Of a DNA stretch of 64,000 nucleotides, positions 39,373 to 54,154 are shown piece by piece. Numbering within the stretch: position 1 is the stretch's first letter; each line of letters opens with the position of its first letter. The translations under genes and the position numbers were made by a program. Source of the DNA: Octopus sinensis (taxonomy: Eukaryota); assembly GCF_006345805.1 (NCBI RefSeq), contig NC_042997.1, forward strand, positions 185,194,001 through 185,258,000. Direction: 5' to 3'. A model generated the notes under the pieces. That model did not search any database, was not told the DNA's origin, and was given only the letters and a program-made list of their open reading frames with translations.

Positions 39373-39590
39373 TACTATAGGCACATGGCCAGAAATTTTG
39401 GTGACGGAGCTAATAACCTCAGTGCTCAACTGGTAATTATTTTATTGACCCCGAAAGGATTAAAGGCAATGCCAACCTCCGCAGAATTTGAACTCAAGAT
39501 GTAAAGACAAACGAAATGCCGCTAAGTATTATGTTCGGTACGTTAACGATTCTGCCAGCTCGGTGCCTTCAAAATGCTTATTAATAATGG
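39373..39590 (-). mobile_element. SINE family C
   Basis: TTATTGACCCCGAAAGGATTAAAGGC...GAATTTGAACTC...GATTCTGCCAGCTCG. Confidence 0.8.
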
Positions 39591-40173
39591 CACATACATA
39601 TCTATCACACACCAAACACATCATATGTAACCTTAAAAATATGCACATACTGATGTACTCGTGCGCTACAAATATGACGATATTTGAAAAGAAATGAAAC
39701 TTTTATCTTATTAACGCATCAGCTTCACATATAATGCGTATATTTCATTTCTATGTAGACTTGCTACAGAACGTGGAAGTTTATATACCAAAAGTGACAT
39801 ATTTTGTCAATAGTCAATGTACTATACTATATACACTTAAATTATATACACATATATATTATTATATTATATACATAAATAATATAACATTATGATATCC
39901 TATATGCAAGGCTAACTTGGTGAAATATCGGTGCATTAGAATGCACAAATTCTTTTCAATATAGTTTCACTAAAAATATTTGCTATGATGAATATCACGA
40001 ATTGCCACAAAAATTTATATCACAATTTTCCCGTATATATCTACTTTCAGTACACATATATACGTATATATTTTTTTGAAGGCATCTTATATTATTGAAC
40101 ATAATTTAGAAGTTCCTTCGTCGAGTCTTTTTATAAACATTGCTGGAACGATATAGCTTTGCTACTTTTGTCA

Positions 40174-40292
<119 letters not shown>

Positions 40293-40477
40293 TATTCTAT
40301 TTATTAGAGAATAAAAATTCCGGCGTCACAGGGATTAAAATAAAATGAATTATTCTCGATAAGGAAATATATGTTATTTAGAGATAGAAGTCCCCAAGCA
40401 ATTCATCAAATCCTAATATACATCACACCATATCATAGAATTTTATTTTAATACTTACTAATCTGTTTTAAATTTCG

Positions 40478-40654
40478 CTTCTACACATGTTTCATGAGGT
40501 GCGTTTAACGTTTCTTAGACACTCCGTCTTTTACAGGAATATATAATAACTGCAACCCCAATCCTGACGATTGGGGTTGCAGTTAAGACATATTCCTGTA
40601 AAAGACTGAGTATCTAAAGAACGTTAAAGGCACTTCATGAAACACGTGTAGAAG
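40478..40654. repeat. Hairpin-type inverted repeat with 86-bp arms and 5-nt loop
   Basis: 40478-40563 versus 40569-40654; about 10 substitutions and no indels. Confidence 0.93.
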
Positions 40655-41466
40655 AGGTATGTTCTCTCACTGAATTACATGATAAGGAAATATAGATGAA
40701 TATTTTATATATGTATATATGTACGTATTTATATATTCATATACAACAATGTTTATTATTGAAGATTATAGTACATATATATACCCGCTTCCCTTCCAGA
40801 AACTTCGCTATGACAGCAGTTGTAATTGCAGCAGTTACAGGCATTCATATATCTATGATTGTTCATAGATGCATAGAAAGACGCACAAATACGCTGAACA
40901 CACACCCCTATACATATACAGATATTTTATTTACACACGCACGCACACACACATACATACATACATACATACATACATACATACATACATACATACATAC
41001 ACACACATATACATACATACATGCATACATACATACATACATACATACATACATACACATACATACATACATATTTATATTTTACGTTGGTTGGTTTGAG
41101 TGACTACACCGTGACCATAATGTCATTTTACAATAGTAATAAAAACTGTATAATATAACACACCAAGAACAAAAATTTAACCAAGTGTGATATATACTAG
41201 TCTTTCTCTTATTGAGTCTTGATTATTTCCCTTGTGTATACGTATACCTATGTAACAAGCGTAAATATGCCCGTTTATTTTGGGGTGTGTCTTTATCTAT
41301 GTGCAAACGTGATTTTGTGTGGTCTTGAATATTATTTTCTCTGTGTATATATGATATTGCATTTATATGTAATACACATATGTTCTTTGCGCGTGAATAT
41401 ATGTATTGGGGAATGTGTGTGTGTGTGTAACTTGAATTGCTCTATTCGGATTTGTATGTTTGTTAA

Positions 41467-41587
41467 CCACTGCGTGTCACCTTGGGCAAGTGTCTTCTAC
41501 TATAGCCTCGGGCCGACCAAAACCTTGTGAGTAGATTTGGTAGATGGAAACTGAAAAAGCCCGTCGTATATATACGTATACATATAC

Positions 41588-41663
<76 letters not shown>

Positions 41664-41887
41664 ATGTGTGTGTGTTTGTGTGTCTGTGTTTGTCCCCCTA
41701 GCATTGCTTGACAACCGATGCTGGTGTGTTTAGGTCCCCGTCACTTAGCGGGTCGGCAAGAGAGACCGATAGGATAAGTACTGTGCTTACAAAAGAATAA
41801 GTCCCGGGGTCGAGTTGTTCGATTAAAGGCGGTGCTCCAGCATGGCCGCACTCAAATGACTGAAACAAGTAAAAGAGTAAAAGAGTA
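41467..41887 (+). mobile_element. SINE family A, 5'-truncated
   Basis: Begins at CCACTGCGTG; body and tail are intact. Confidence 0.88.
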
Positions 41888-42462
41888 TACGCTTCTGTTT
41901 CAACGTCAATGCCTTAATTGATATATGGCAAGCCGTCTCAGTAATACATATTGCAATTTGCAGTTTCAGACATGACACATTAAAAAACGAAATTAGACGT
42001 CATTATGTACAATAACCTTCCTTGGACTTCCTCTGCCATTGTATTTCTCACTGACTGTTTCGCACTGTCTCTTTATTTCTGAAAATCAGTCTCTCTATCT
42101 GTCTGATTGTCTTCCCCAATCCCCAACTCTCTCCCTGTGGTTCTCTATCAACGTTTTTCTACTCTCATGACAACGCCCATGATATTTCTGGAATTTTCCT
42201 TTTACATTATTATAATTTGTTTTTTTTTTGCTCATATAATTTCTGTTTCCTCTTAAATTTATTTAGGTGTGTGTATGTGTCTGAGCATGCGCTCACGCAA
42301 GTGCGTCTTCTCTTTGGGGCAGTTGCTTCGACGGTAAGACTGCTGGACGCTATTAGTAAAAATGATGGTATCCAAGTTCGCATCTAGCCCAAGAAAATGC
42401 AGAACTTACACATGAGTCGTAATGAATAATTCGCTACACAAGCACAAATTTAGTTCCATGTA

Positions 42463-42625
42463 GGCGCAGGAGTGGCTGTGTGGTATGTAGCTTGCTTACC
42501 AACCACATGGTTCCGTGTTCAGTCCCACTGCGTGGCACCTTAGGGCAAGTGTCTTCTACTATAGCCTCAGGCCGACCAAAGCCTTGTGAGTGGATTTGGT
42601 AGACGGAAACTGGAAGAAGCCCGTC

Positions 42626-42668
<43 letters not shown>

Positions 42669-43160
42669 TATATATATATAATAAATTAATAAATAAAACA
42701 TATGCATATATACATACATATATGTACGTACCTACCTCTACATGTATATATACACGCATATATGGGTACAGGACACCAAAAGAAAACGTCGAACACAATG
42801 AGAAACGAAAACATAAACAAAAACCAAGGAACTGGACATTTTTCTTAAACAACAAAAAAATAGAGTACAGGACAAATAACGCAAGGAAAATTCCCCTTCT
42901 TCAGTCGCGATGGTTTCATCTACTCTGTGTTTCGAAGGTGGTATGTGTGTATATGTTTGTGTATCTGTATTTGTCCCCCCCCCCTACCATTGCTTGACAA
43001 CCGATGGTGATGTGTTTACGTCCTCGTAACTTAGTCGTTCAGCAAAAGAGATAGAATAAGTACTAGGCTTACAAAGAATAAGTCCTGGGGTCGATTTGCT
43101 TGACTAAAGGCGTTGCTACAACATGGCCGCAGTCAAATGACTGAAACAAGTAAAAGAGTA
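42463..43160 (+). mobile_element. SINE family A with a nested insertion in its internal microsatellite
   Basis: Head at 42463 and tail at 43160. A foreign segment occupies 42756-42939. Confidence 0.88.
42756..42939. mobile_element. Unclassified short repeat (family F) nested in SINE A
   Basis: GCATATATGGGTACAGGAC...AATTCCCCTTCTTCAG. A second copy lies at 44765. Confidence 0.8.
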
Positions 43161-43573
43161 CCTCACAAAACTCGCACGTTCTAAGCAAGAAAAGTGAAGC
43201 TGATAAAGAAATTTCAAAATTAAAATAGCTAAAACGATTTTTATAAGCACATAAGTTTCTGAGTTCGCTCCGAGTACAAGCAAACCAAAACTTGTACGTG
43301 TGATTCTCGTACACATACTATTCTACGCCGACATACATATATATATATATATAGATTTTAATATAGATTACACAAAGCTTGATATTATTTAACAAAGATT
43401 ACGAGATTTATTAACCGAAAATAAAACAAAAACATTTCCAACGACAAAATAGATTTTGCCAGTGTCTGACATCTGATTCTGACTTAAAGTAATCCCAAAG
43501 CTGCTACAAAGACGAACGTCTACAAAGCTAGCAGATGTGTCTGTGTGTATGTGTGTGTGTGTGTATCAGTGCA

Positions 43574-44130
<557 letters not shown>

Positions 44131-44764
44131 GTGCTTATATACATACATACACATACACACACACGCACATATATATATACACACACACATAGAAACATAC
44201 ATACACACATGCATATATACGTACTTACACGTGTGTGTGTTTGTGTGTGTGTGTGTATGTGTGTGTTTATGTCTGCTGTCTGACTTATTATTTTTAGCGT
44301 TCATTGTTCTACCGAACAACGAACGTTGTCCTGGTGGACGCTGGCTGTCCTGTAGAATGTAAACATGTAGTACAATTATCGACTATCAGCAGCCTGCCTA
44401 GTGATCTTCTATTTGGTAGTGTTACAGCAACCGTCATGAGAGTCTCTAAATTTTGGAAAGTCATTTACTCAGTAATCATTCTGGAGCTCATTTCACCACT
44501 TTATATCGCACAGGCGTTTGTTTACGTTCTAGATCCCTCTCCAGAAAGAATGACCCTGGATTCTGCTGGGGAGCAGCTTTCACAACCTTCATGGTGTGGT
44601 CATTCATATTCCCATACACATCTTGTGGTTTTTACGACAAATAACCAAAATATAAATATATATAAATACACACATATACACACACACATATACATACACA
44701 TATATACATACATATATGATATACACATACATATATGTACATATCTACATATGTATATATACAT

Positions 44765-44911
44765 GCATATATGGGTACAGGACATCAAAAAAAAAAAAAC
44801 GTTGAACACAATGAAAAACGAAAATATAAAAACCAAAACATAGAAAACGAACTTTTTTTCGAACACGAAAAAAATAGAGAAACGAGACATGCAGCATAAA
44901 GAATATTCCCC

Positions 44912-44914
<3 letters not shown>
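44765..44914. mobile_element. Unclassified short repeat (family F), second copy
   Basis: Aligns with 42756-42900 and is flanked by TA-rich microsatellites. Confidence 0.78.
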
Positions 44915-44987
<73 letters not shown>

Positions 44988-45923
44988 AAATTTAAAGGAA
45001 TGTGCACTATATATATACATATATATACATATATATATATACATACATATATAGCAAGGCACTTTATTTCTCGTTGATCCTGTTAACTCAGTTGCAGAAA
45101 TGTGTCACAACGGCACTGGTGCCAAGCTGTATCGGCCTTTGCCTTTCCCTTGAATGACATCGGTGACATGGAGAGGGAAGTCTGGTATGCATGGGCGACT
45201 GCTGTCCTTCCATCAACATTCTTCCCGGGTTTATGCCTAGGACGAGATCTTTCCAGAAGCAATCCATGGTCATTCATGACCGAATGAGAACTTTACCCTA
45301 CACACACGCACGCACAGACACATACATGCACACACGCATGCACACACACACACACACGCATACATGTACACAAAAAGATACACACACACACATATGTTTG
45401 TATGTATGCATGTAAAATAGATACACACATTTATATTAAGCGTGAGAGCAAGACGCTTGTTTTGTCAGAAGTGCGTCATGAATTTTTGTATGTTCAATGG
45501 CAGAGACTCTTCAGAGAGCTAATAAATGTCTCTGTTGTGCATTTTGATCTTTGTTTAAAACTTAGAATAGTGAGTGACTATATTCTGCTATGTTATATAA
45601 ACCATGTAATAATAATTATTTGAAAGCGATGAAGGCAATACTTTTTGGTTAATATTTGCACGTCTTTGCAAAATTTCTCAGTAGGTTGTCTTTTGTATGG
45701 ATTCAGGCCACAGATGGAACACTTAACTAGATAATTCACATTCTCCACTGCCTATGCTGACAGAAGAATATACATACATGCATATATGCATCTATGCATT
45801 TAAGTGTGTTCACATACACACACACAGACTTTGATTCTTGTTTCTAGCAACTTGGATGCTATCCTGGACTCTCTGTTACTATTAGTGACAATTGATTTTA
45901 TATTGCGTCTAGCCACATTCGTG

Positions 45924-45977
<54 letters not shown>

Positions 45978-45984
45978 ATATATG

Positions 45985-46021
<37 letters not shown>

Positions 46022-46053
46022 TGTGTCTGTGTGGGTGTGTGTATGTATGTGTG

Positions 46054-46374
46054 TGTGGAGGCACATGGCCTAGTGGTTACAGCAGCGGACACGCGGTCGA
46101 GGGATCGCGGGTTCGAATCTCAGACCGGGCTATGTGTGTGTTTATGAGCGAAAACACCTAAGCTCCACGCGGCTCTGGCAGGAGTTAATGGCGAACTTCT
46201 GCTGACTTTTTTCAACACAACTTTCTCTCACTCTTTCCTCCTGCATCTTGCAGCTCACCTGCGACGGACCGGCGTCCCGTCCAGGTGGAGAACCTATACG
46301 CCAAGGAAACCGGGAAACCGGGAAACCGGCCCTGTGAGTCAGGCGTGGCCCGAGAAAGAACAAACAACAACAAC
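46054..46374 (+). mobile_element. SINE family B (subtype B2)
   Basis: Full head and body with an (AAC/AAT)n tail. Confidence 0.9.
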
Positions 46375-46405
<31 letters not shown>

Positions 46406-46424
46406 TAATAATAATAATAATAAT

Positions 46425-46464
<40 letters not shown>

Positions 46465-47381
46465 GTATATATACGTATATATATATACACACACAAACAC
46501 TGACAAAAATATGTATACACACACACATATATGCATGTATGTGAATATATGTATGTAGATGCTGTGCTAAATGCACATTTATATAAGTGGATTGAAATTG
46601 AGAACAGAGACCGTTGGTTCGGCAACTCGGAAAACGTATCGAACTAACTGCAAGGCACTCAACATTGAAACAATTTCCCCGGAGTTAGCTCTACTTAATG
46701 CCGTAGTAGCGAGAAGAAGCGATTTAAAAATTCGTCTCAGTGCAGATAAATGTGTACTAATTTTCGTACTGGAGCTATTTTGGCAAACTTGACACGAAAT
46801 CTGAACAAAGAAAAAACAAAATTGCTTTATGGAAGAATATTTATGCTTCAAACATTATGAAACACAGGAAATACATCTAGAGTTTTCGGTAACAATTTTT
46901 GAATATATAAATATTCATACATTGTAGGTCTGACATTTGAACACGTATGAAGTTTGCACTGCTAAAGGCTGCCGGCATTTCACTATTTAACTTTTGATGT
47001 GCTTTTATTTAGAATGGTTACCATCGACAAGTTAGTTAGATGTAGCTGTCAACTAATACAAAAATATATTCTTTAACTTATTTTGGCACGTTTATCGACC
47101 TTTCCCTTCTTACTTTGAGATATCTGAAGACATTTTACAAGCGCTGTTTCATCAAATATTGCTTGTATTTTAATTCAAATTAATGTGAAGTGTCACTTGT
47201 AAAATTTGTGTGTATGTGCGCGCGCGCGTGTATGTGTTTATGTGTGTACGTGCGTGTATTTGTATGTGAGTGAGTATGTGTGTGTGAGTTTGTGCGTAGG
47301 GGATTGTTAGTGAATCTCTTCAAGAATTCCAGGAATACATAATGTATTTCTTGTCTATGTATACCGATCTCTTCATATATA

Positions 47382-48328
47382 CGAGGTGGTATCAAAAGGT
47401 TCCCGAACTAATTTATGCTTGATAAAAAATAACTTATTTACCTAATTTTTAACATCGTCTCCTTCGGAATAGTCACCTTCCGCAGTAATATACTGGTCTC
47501 GGTGTCCCTGCCACTTTTGGAATCCAGCCTGGAAGTCGATTTTTGTTAGCGAGTCTCAGTGTTCCTGCGACTTTCGTAATCTGGTCCGGAATTCGTTTTC
47601 CGTAAGCGAGTCGAGGATATTCTACGATTCATTCTGGATCTCCACATAGGTGCTGAAACAACGACATTTGAGCTGCATTTTATTCTTGGAAAAGAGACGG
47701 AAGCCCGCTGGTGGTAGATCTGGCAAATAGGAAGGGGTGCTGAAGTGATACCATGTTGCTTTTGGAGAGAAACACACAAGTGAAGCGAGCTCGGTGAAAA
47801 ATCCAATTCTTTGCGCCCCACAGATCCGGCTGCTTGCGCCGAATGTCCTCCCTCAAACGTTTCAGAACGTCGCTGTAGAACTCTCGATGGTCGGTCTGGC
47901 CCTAGGAAACGAATTCTCGATGTACAATTCCACTTTGCCGGGACTGATGTTCCTGGCATGTCTTCCAGATTGCTTATCGTCTTCCAGGGACATTCGAAGC
48001 GCCCGTACTACTCGAAACGTTGCGTACCACCCATTGCCTCGACGCAGTAAGCTTACCGAAACGTGCTCAGTGTCTCTGTAGCAGACTTTCCAAGTTTAAC
48101 GCGAAACTTCACGTTGACATTTTCTTCCTGTCCATGACAAAATCGCAGACTACAACAAACACGTGATCCCAAAAACACACATTTCACAACTTGCGAAGTA
48201 AACACAGTGATATCACTCGGCACACTGCCTCACAAAATTCACTGCTAGCTCTCACTGGCACGCAACTGTGTGGGGCCATCTGTTGGTGCGCTACAGAATT
48301 AGTCCAGGAACTTTTTGTTACCACCTCG
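47382..48328 (-). mobile_element. Mariner transposon, internally deleted, with both TIRs and TA TSD
   Basis: TIRs TA|CGAGGTGGTA(T/A)CAAAA(G/A)GTTCC. Minus-strand relics VKFRVKLGKSATETLSTF and GIVHREF..FYSDVLKRLREDIRRKQPDLWGAKNWIF. Most of the region between the HTH and the second catalytic segment is missing. Confidence 0.92.
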
Positions 48329-48439
48329 TATAGGAGTTTGGCATTAAAATCAGCTTGATAGAAATGACTTGTGGTCAATAGCATATATTTGAGATAATGT
48401 GACGGGGAAATTAACATTTGTTGTTCACAGCCACTCCTA

Positions 48440-48610
48440 GGCGTAGTAACGGCTGTGTGGTAAGTAGCTTGCTTACCAACTACATGGTTCCGGGTTCAGT
48501 CCCACTGCGTGGCACCTTGGGCAAGTGTCTTCTACTACAGCCCCGGACCGATAAAAGCCTTGTGAGTGGCTTTGTTAAACGGAAACTGAAAGAAGCCCGT
48601 CGTATATATG

Positions 48611-48686
<76 letters not shown>

Positions 48687-48876
48687 TGTGTCTGTGTTTG
48701 ATCCCCCAACATCGCTTGGCGACTGATGCTGGTGTGTTTACGACCCCGTAACTAAGCGGTTCGGCAAAAGAGACTGCTAGAATAAGTACTATACCTACAA
48801 AGAATAAGTCCTGGGGCCGATTTGCTCGACTAAAGGCGGTGCTCCAGCATGGCCACAGTCATGAGTAAAAGAGTAA
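48440..48876 (+). mobile_element. SINE family A
   Basis: Full match. Preceded by a 13-bp inverted head fragment CACAGCCACTCCT at 48426-48438. Confidence 0.88.
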
Positions 48877-49096
48877 TTATAGCTTGCAGATACCTAAAAA
48901 GAAGAGTTGAAAAGGAACAAAATTAATTTAAAGATGTAAATATCAAAGCTATATACTGCTAAGTTATAATGCATTAATTCCTTGTATATAAACTGGATAA
49001 ATTTGTCGAGGAGCGATATTGCAATTTAAAAATAAAACATCATCTGCATCCACCGACTCCTAGACTTTTAATGGCTCTTCCATTCTTTAATTATGT

Positions 49097-49255
49097 CAGG
49101 GTCATTTAATCCGTCTTTACGTTCTTAGTTCAAATTCCACCGCGGTAGACTTTTGCTCTTCATTTCGAGGTTGAGAATAAGTACCAGCTCAACATTGAAG
49201 TCGATGTAATTGATTCAACCCCTACCCTGATAGTTGCTGACTTTGTGCCAAACCA
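49097..49255 (+). mobile_element. SINE family C, degenerate
   Basis: GTTCAAATTCCACCGCGGTAGACTTTTGC..AATAAGTACCAG..TTTGTGCCAAA. Confidence 0.7.
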
Positions 49256-49414
49256 ATATGTGTGTGTGTGTGTGTGTGTGTGCATGTGTGTGCATGTGTA
49301 TTCTTGTGTGTGTATATGTGTGTGTGTGAGCGTGTGTCCATGTGTGCGTGTATATCACGATATATGATTATAACCATCAGTATCTTCACCATCGTAAATT
49401 AACTTCCGACTTGA

Positions 49415-49452
<38 letters not shown>

Positions 49453-50615
49453 CAGCACGCCAGCGCGCGTGTGAGTGTGTGTGTACATATACTGCGAAGG
49501 ATCAGTGTTACGATGGTGTATGAACGCGGCGATGAGTATGTAAATGTGTATATTAACCATTTATGGGTCAAAATATTTGACAGGCAAAATTATTGGATTT
49601 GCGGATAAGATACTTTAGATACAAAATTATTATCAATTCTGGTAAATAAATCCATGTCTGGACGCACACAAGTAAGTATCCACGTGTTTAGGTTAATTCG
49701 TCTGTTTCTCTGTGAAGCAAAAAATTTCAACCTTAAACTGTGATGCCTGAATCTCCGTTAAGTCCGACCGACGTACTATGACCTCTGGGTGACACATCAT
49801 CTCTTAGAAGGGGCTTCATGAGTTGTAACTCGCGACACTTCAGCGACAGCTTAGAAATTTTAACCATCCTTCAGTGGTTCGCTTCGTTCGTCTCAATGAT
49901 TATATAGTTTATTTATTTATTCATTTATTTATTTCAAACCTTATTTATGACTGGATCAGAACACCAGCTCATTGGCTTCACGAAAAGCTAATTTACAGGG
50001 AAGAGCGGGAAATGAGTATAAAGACGCGCGTGTTAAAGGTGGTGCGTGTGGTTGGATGTTTTAGCACGACTGCAATGCAGTCAGCCCTATATCGAATGTA
50101 TTTAGACGCTGCCGTTTTTGTTGGCATTTTTTTTTCTTCTAGGGATGCTTTTTTTATTTATCCTCCTCCCTTGCGATGAAAAAATGCGAAAGGACTCCAA
50201 CTAAATAAATATATAAATAGATGAATAGATGAATGAATGAACAAAATAATGAATAAATAAATAAACAAACAAACAAGCTATTAGAAGCTTGGTCAGATGA
50301 TGTAAATGGAACGATATAGAAAGTAATGGAAGCTGAGAAGGGGACAAATATAAAGATGCAGGTTTTTGTTTTCCATTTATTTGTGTTTGTTTTGTATTCG
50401 GAGTTATAAGCACCAATGGAAGAGAGAATCGTGAGTCACATCGAGGGAGATAAAATAAAAATAAAGATGAAGAAACAATGTAATGAAACTGGAAGAAAAA
50501 AAATATCTGTGGATGTAAAGAAAATATGATGTGAGCTGACAACTAAAGTTTGTAGAAGCGGGAAAGTTAGTGCGTGTGTTTGTTTCTTAGACACATGCTA
50601 CACACTCACACATAC

Positions 50616-50691
50616 ATAGATGTATACATACATAAATTCATACATACGTACATAGCTACATACATATATATATATATATATACATATATAC

Positions 50692-50722
<31 letters not shown>

Positions 50723-50787
50723 CATATATATATATACATATATATATATATACATATATATACATATATATATATACATATATATAC

Positions 50788-50824
<37 letters not shown>

Positions 50825-50827
50825 CAC
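50616..50827. repeat. (TA)n/(TACA)n microsatellite
   Basis: Directly visible. Confidence 0.95.
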
Positions 50828-52093
50828 ACAAGTACAAAGTATGCAAGTTAGAGTGAATGTGCGTATAAAAAGTTTTCAGAAGACTAAAGTGTGTAAAAGA
50901 ATCTAAGCGAAACGACTTTTTATAGGAGTTTAGTAATAAAAGAGGGAAACTGGAATATGGGGGAAAAGCGTCGAGCCTGAATAAATATTTCCCAGGCATG
51001 TTCATTTTTGAATGTACCTAAGATTTTTCTCAACTGGACTGGTGTAACCAACTGTCTGTCTGTCGCCATCAGAAGAGAAAAGGAACAAATTATATATAAA
51101 TATAGACTGGTAGTTTATGAAGCTTTTTACGTAGTTCCGTGATTCTTGATATGTGTCAATCAACTCTTAAGAATCCATTAGAGAATGTCAACATAGTCTA
51201 ATTGGTTTAAGTTCTCAGCCCCCACTTTCAATTTCAAGATAGCATTCTGATCTGCTTCCTTGCCTTTTAGTTACGTATGATTTGAAACATACGCACTCAC
51301 ACACACACGTACAAATATTCTCCATCTCTCACTCATTCTCTCACTCCCATACACAAACATATATACACATACTACTTCCCTCATTGACATAGACAGTAGC
51401 AAAAACATATTCACACACACGAAGGCACTCACAAGTTCTGTGACCTGCATCCTTACTCATTTTTTTTCTCTTTTCGTGTATAATATAATTACAAACGTTT
51501 CCATACACACTAGCATGCACACGCGATCATGCATACATATATATATTCTTACACAAGAAAATACACACGTCTATTTGCAAACGTACAGAAACCCACGATT
51601 GCCCTCATACACAGAAAAACAGTCTGTGATCTCCTTCATTATTTTTATTTGTGCATGATTTGAAACTCTCTCTCTCTTTTTATCTCACTCTCTCTTTATC
51701 TCTCGCTCTTTCTCTTCATCTCCCTCTCTTTCTCTCTTTATCTCTCTCTCTCTTCCTCCCACGCATACATATTCAGACAAAGAAATATGTGAGTGGCTAC
51801 GTAAGACATTACTTACTTACTGTATATCTATAATTTCTACACAGAGTTACTTTGTCATCAAAGCTCGCATCATTAACATCATGCAATAAGGAAATAAGGA
51901 TGGCAAATTTTTGCAGATTGAATCCTCTCCGTCGGTTGCCCTAATACGCATATGCCTGTCAAGATATATCAAGCAGTCCCTGCAATCGTAAAAGAAACAA
52001 TAATACCTCGGGCTATATATAAATATATATGTGTGTGTGTGTGTGTATATATATAAATACATACATATATACACACATGTATATATATATATA

Positions 52094-52187
<94 letters not shown>

Positions 52188-53074
52188 TATACATAAAACA
52201 CACACGCATATATATATATACACACATATATGTATTTAGTTATGTATATACGCATGTATGTATCACAATCTTCAACGTGAATGGTTTATATGAAGTAAAA
52301 TGCCAAATAGATGTTTCAAAGTGTACGAATACTCGAAGTGAAATGCGGAAATAAGACCTTTAAGAAACTGTGTTCTGCCGATAAGTTTTATTTCAGATAC
52401 AAAACACCATATCGAAAAGGAATTCATTTGTCATATGTGAAATGACGTGGCTTTGCTAATTTCTTCAACATCGATGTTTAGAAATTGATAAATATGGACA
52501 ATAGAATTCAGAGATCTTGGTTGGAATAATAATGACAAGAACACTTGGAGGCTAAAGAAAGAAAAACAAACGTTGTAGTTTTAAAATGAGTCGTCAATGG
52601 CTGAATTGTATTGGGATCACTTGAGCTGCTAAACTTGGCAGCGAAATTTCTCTCCGGCCGCCTTTTAACTCTTTCATTAACTTTCATTACCAGTCTATTT
52701 TTTGGGGGAATATTATGACTGAAACCCTTTTGTGTTGAGATATGTCAAGGTTATAGAAACGGCGTGACTTGCAGAAAATGGCAATTCTATTCTTTTGGTA
52801 GATAATATCATAACTGGAACATCCATGAAATTCAATTTCGGAACGAAAGGATTGAATTAGCAAGGACTGACTTTAGATGTGTATCCCGAAACACAAAGAA
52901 GGTGTTCGCAAGGAGAATGCTTTTGGTATAAGGGATGTTCAATTTTTGCTGAACTGGGACTAAACAGCAAGAAGAAGAAGAAGAAGAAGAAGAAGAAGAA
53001 GAACAACAACAACAACAACAGTAGTAGCAGCAACAACAATCCCAACAACGGCGAATACGACGACAACAACAACA

Positions 53075-53274
53075 GTGGAGGCGCAATGGCCCAGTGGTTA
53101 GGGCAGCGGACTCGCTGTCGTAAAAACGCGGTTTGTTTCGATTCCCAGACCGGGCATTGTGGGTGTTTATTGAGCAAAAACACCTAAGCTCCACGAGTTC
53201 CGGCGGGGGTGGGGAGTGGTGAATCCCGCTGTACACTTTCACCACAACTTTCTCTCACTCTTTCTTCCTACTTC
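53075..53274 (+). mobile_element. SINE family B (subtype B1), 3'-truncated
   Basis: GTGGAGGCGCAATGGCCCAGTGGTTAGGGCAGC head. Confidence 0.85.
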
Positions 53275-53561
53275 TGTGACAAAGCAGAGGAAACATGGTG
53301 CAACCCACTATGGTGTGGTAAACTTTCAGACTCTAATCTAGATTGCGAATCCTCTGCACCCCAGGATGGTTCAGCTGTCCACCCGTTAAAAGCCACCGCT
53401 TACGGAATGAAGATAACAACGTAGCTTTCGCGCCCGTGCAACCGCCAGTCTATCGCGTGTGGTGGGTGGATCTTCGAGTTGCCACACGCATTCTTATTAG
53501 ATTAGAGTAGGCTCGAATTAGAGATTATTCTTTGTGGTTAATGCCGTGAGTCCTGATTGGA

Positions 53562-53640
53562 AGAAAAAGAAGAAGAAGAAGAAGAAGAAGAAGAAGAAGA
53601 AGAAGAAGAAGAAGAAGAAGAAGAAGAAGAAGAAGAAGAA

Positions 53641-53681
<41 letters not shown>

Positions 53682-53690
53682 AGAAGAAGA
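53562..53690. repeat. (GAA)n microsatellite
   Basis: Directly visible. Confidence 0.95.
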
Positions 53691-54154
53691 CAATAACAAC
53701 AATCGTGTCCTCAACACTCAATAAATTAATCCTAGTTTGGGTTAATTTATTTCCATTAAAAACATCAATATCATAAGACTCGATCTTCTTCCATTAAAAT
53801 TAAAGATGTCGCACAAAGGTAAGGAACCAGTTGAAATATATGTGCGACGGCCAGAGGAGTTGCGGGTAGACGTCTTTTCTTACTGTGTCTATTTTGACAT
53901 TACAAATACTCTTAGGATCATATTTTTTATCTAACGTTGATGTATAATTAAATATGAGAACAGCAGGTGATGTAGATTTATTAACTGTGTGTCTCATTAC
54001 GAAAATTGCTGTCTCTTCATCCAATTAACGAATAAAATGAATATGGCGCTTTAACAGGAAAGATTTTAGATGCAATGATATGAATTCATGGCGTAAAAAG
54101 GCAAAAGCGACACAAGATAGGCAAGATATTTCAAGATTTCTATCATTTGCAGTG

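Noticed and set aside
40564-40654. CTGACGA ... GAAACACGTGTA as a hammerhead
   Set aside because: No stem II or stem I pairing can be formed.
42885-42939. Type II hammerhead-like order on the minus strand (CGAAAC..GUA-GAUG AAAC CAUC-GCGA-CUGAAGA-AGGGG)
   Set aside because: Four extra nucleotides separate stem I from the core and stem II relies on G-U pairs. Worth rechecking on the family F consensus.
53330-53508. GC-rich segment bounded by an 11-bp inverted repeat
   Set aside because: No TSD and no second copy in the window; it could be chance.
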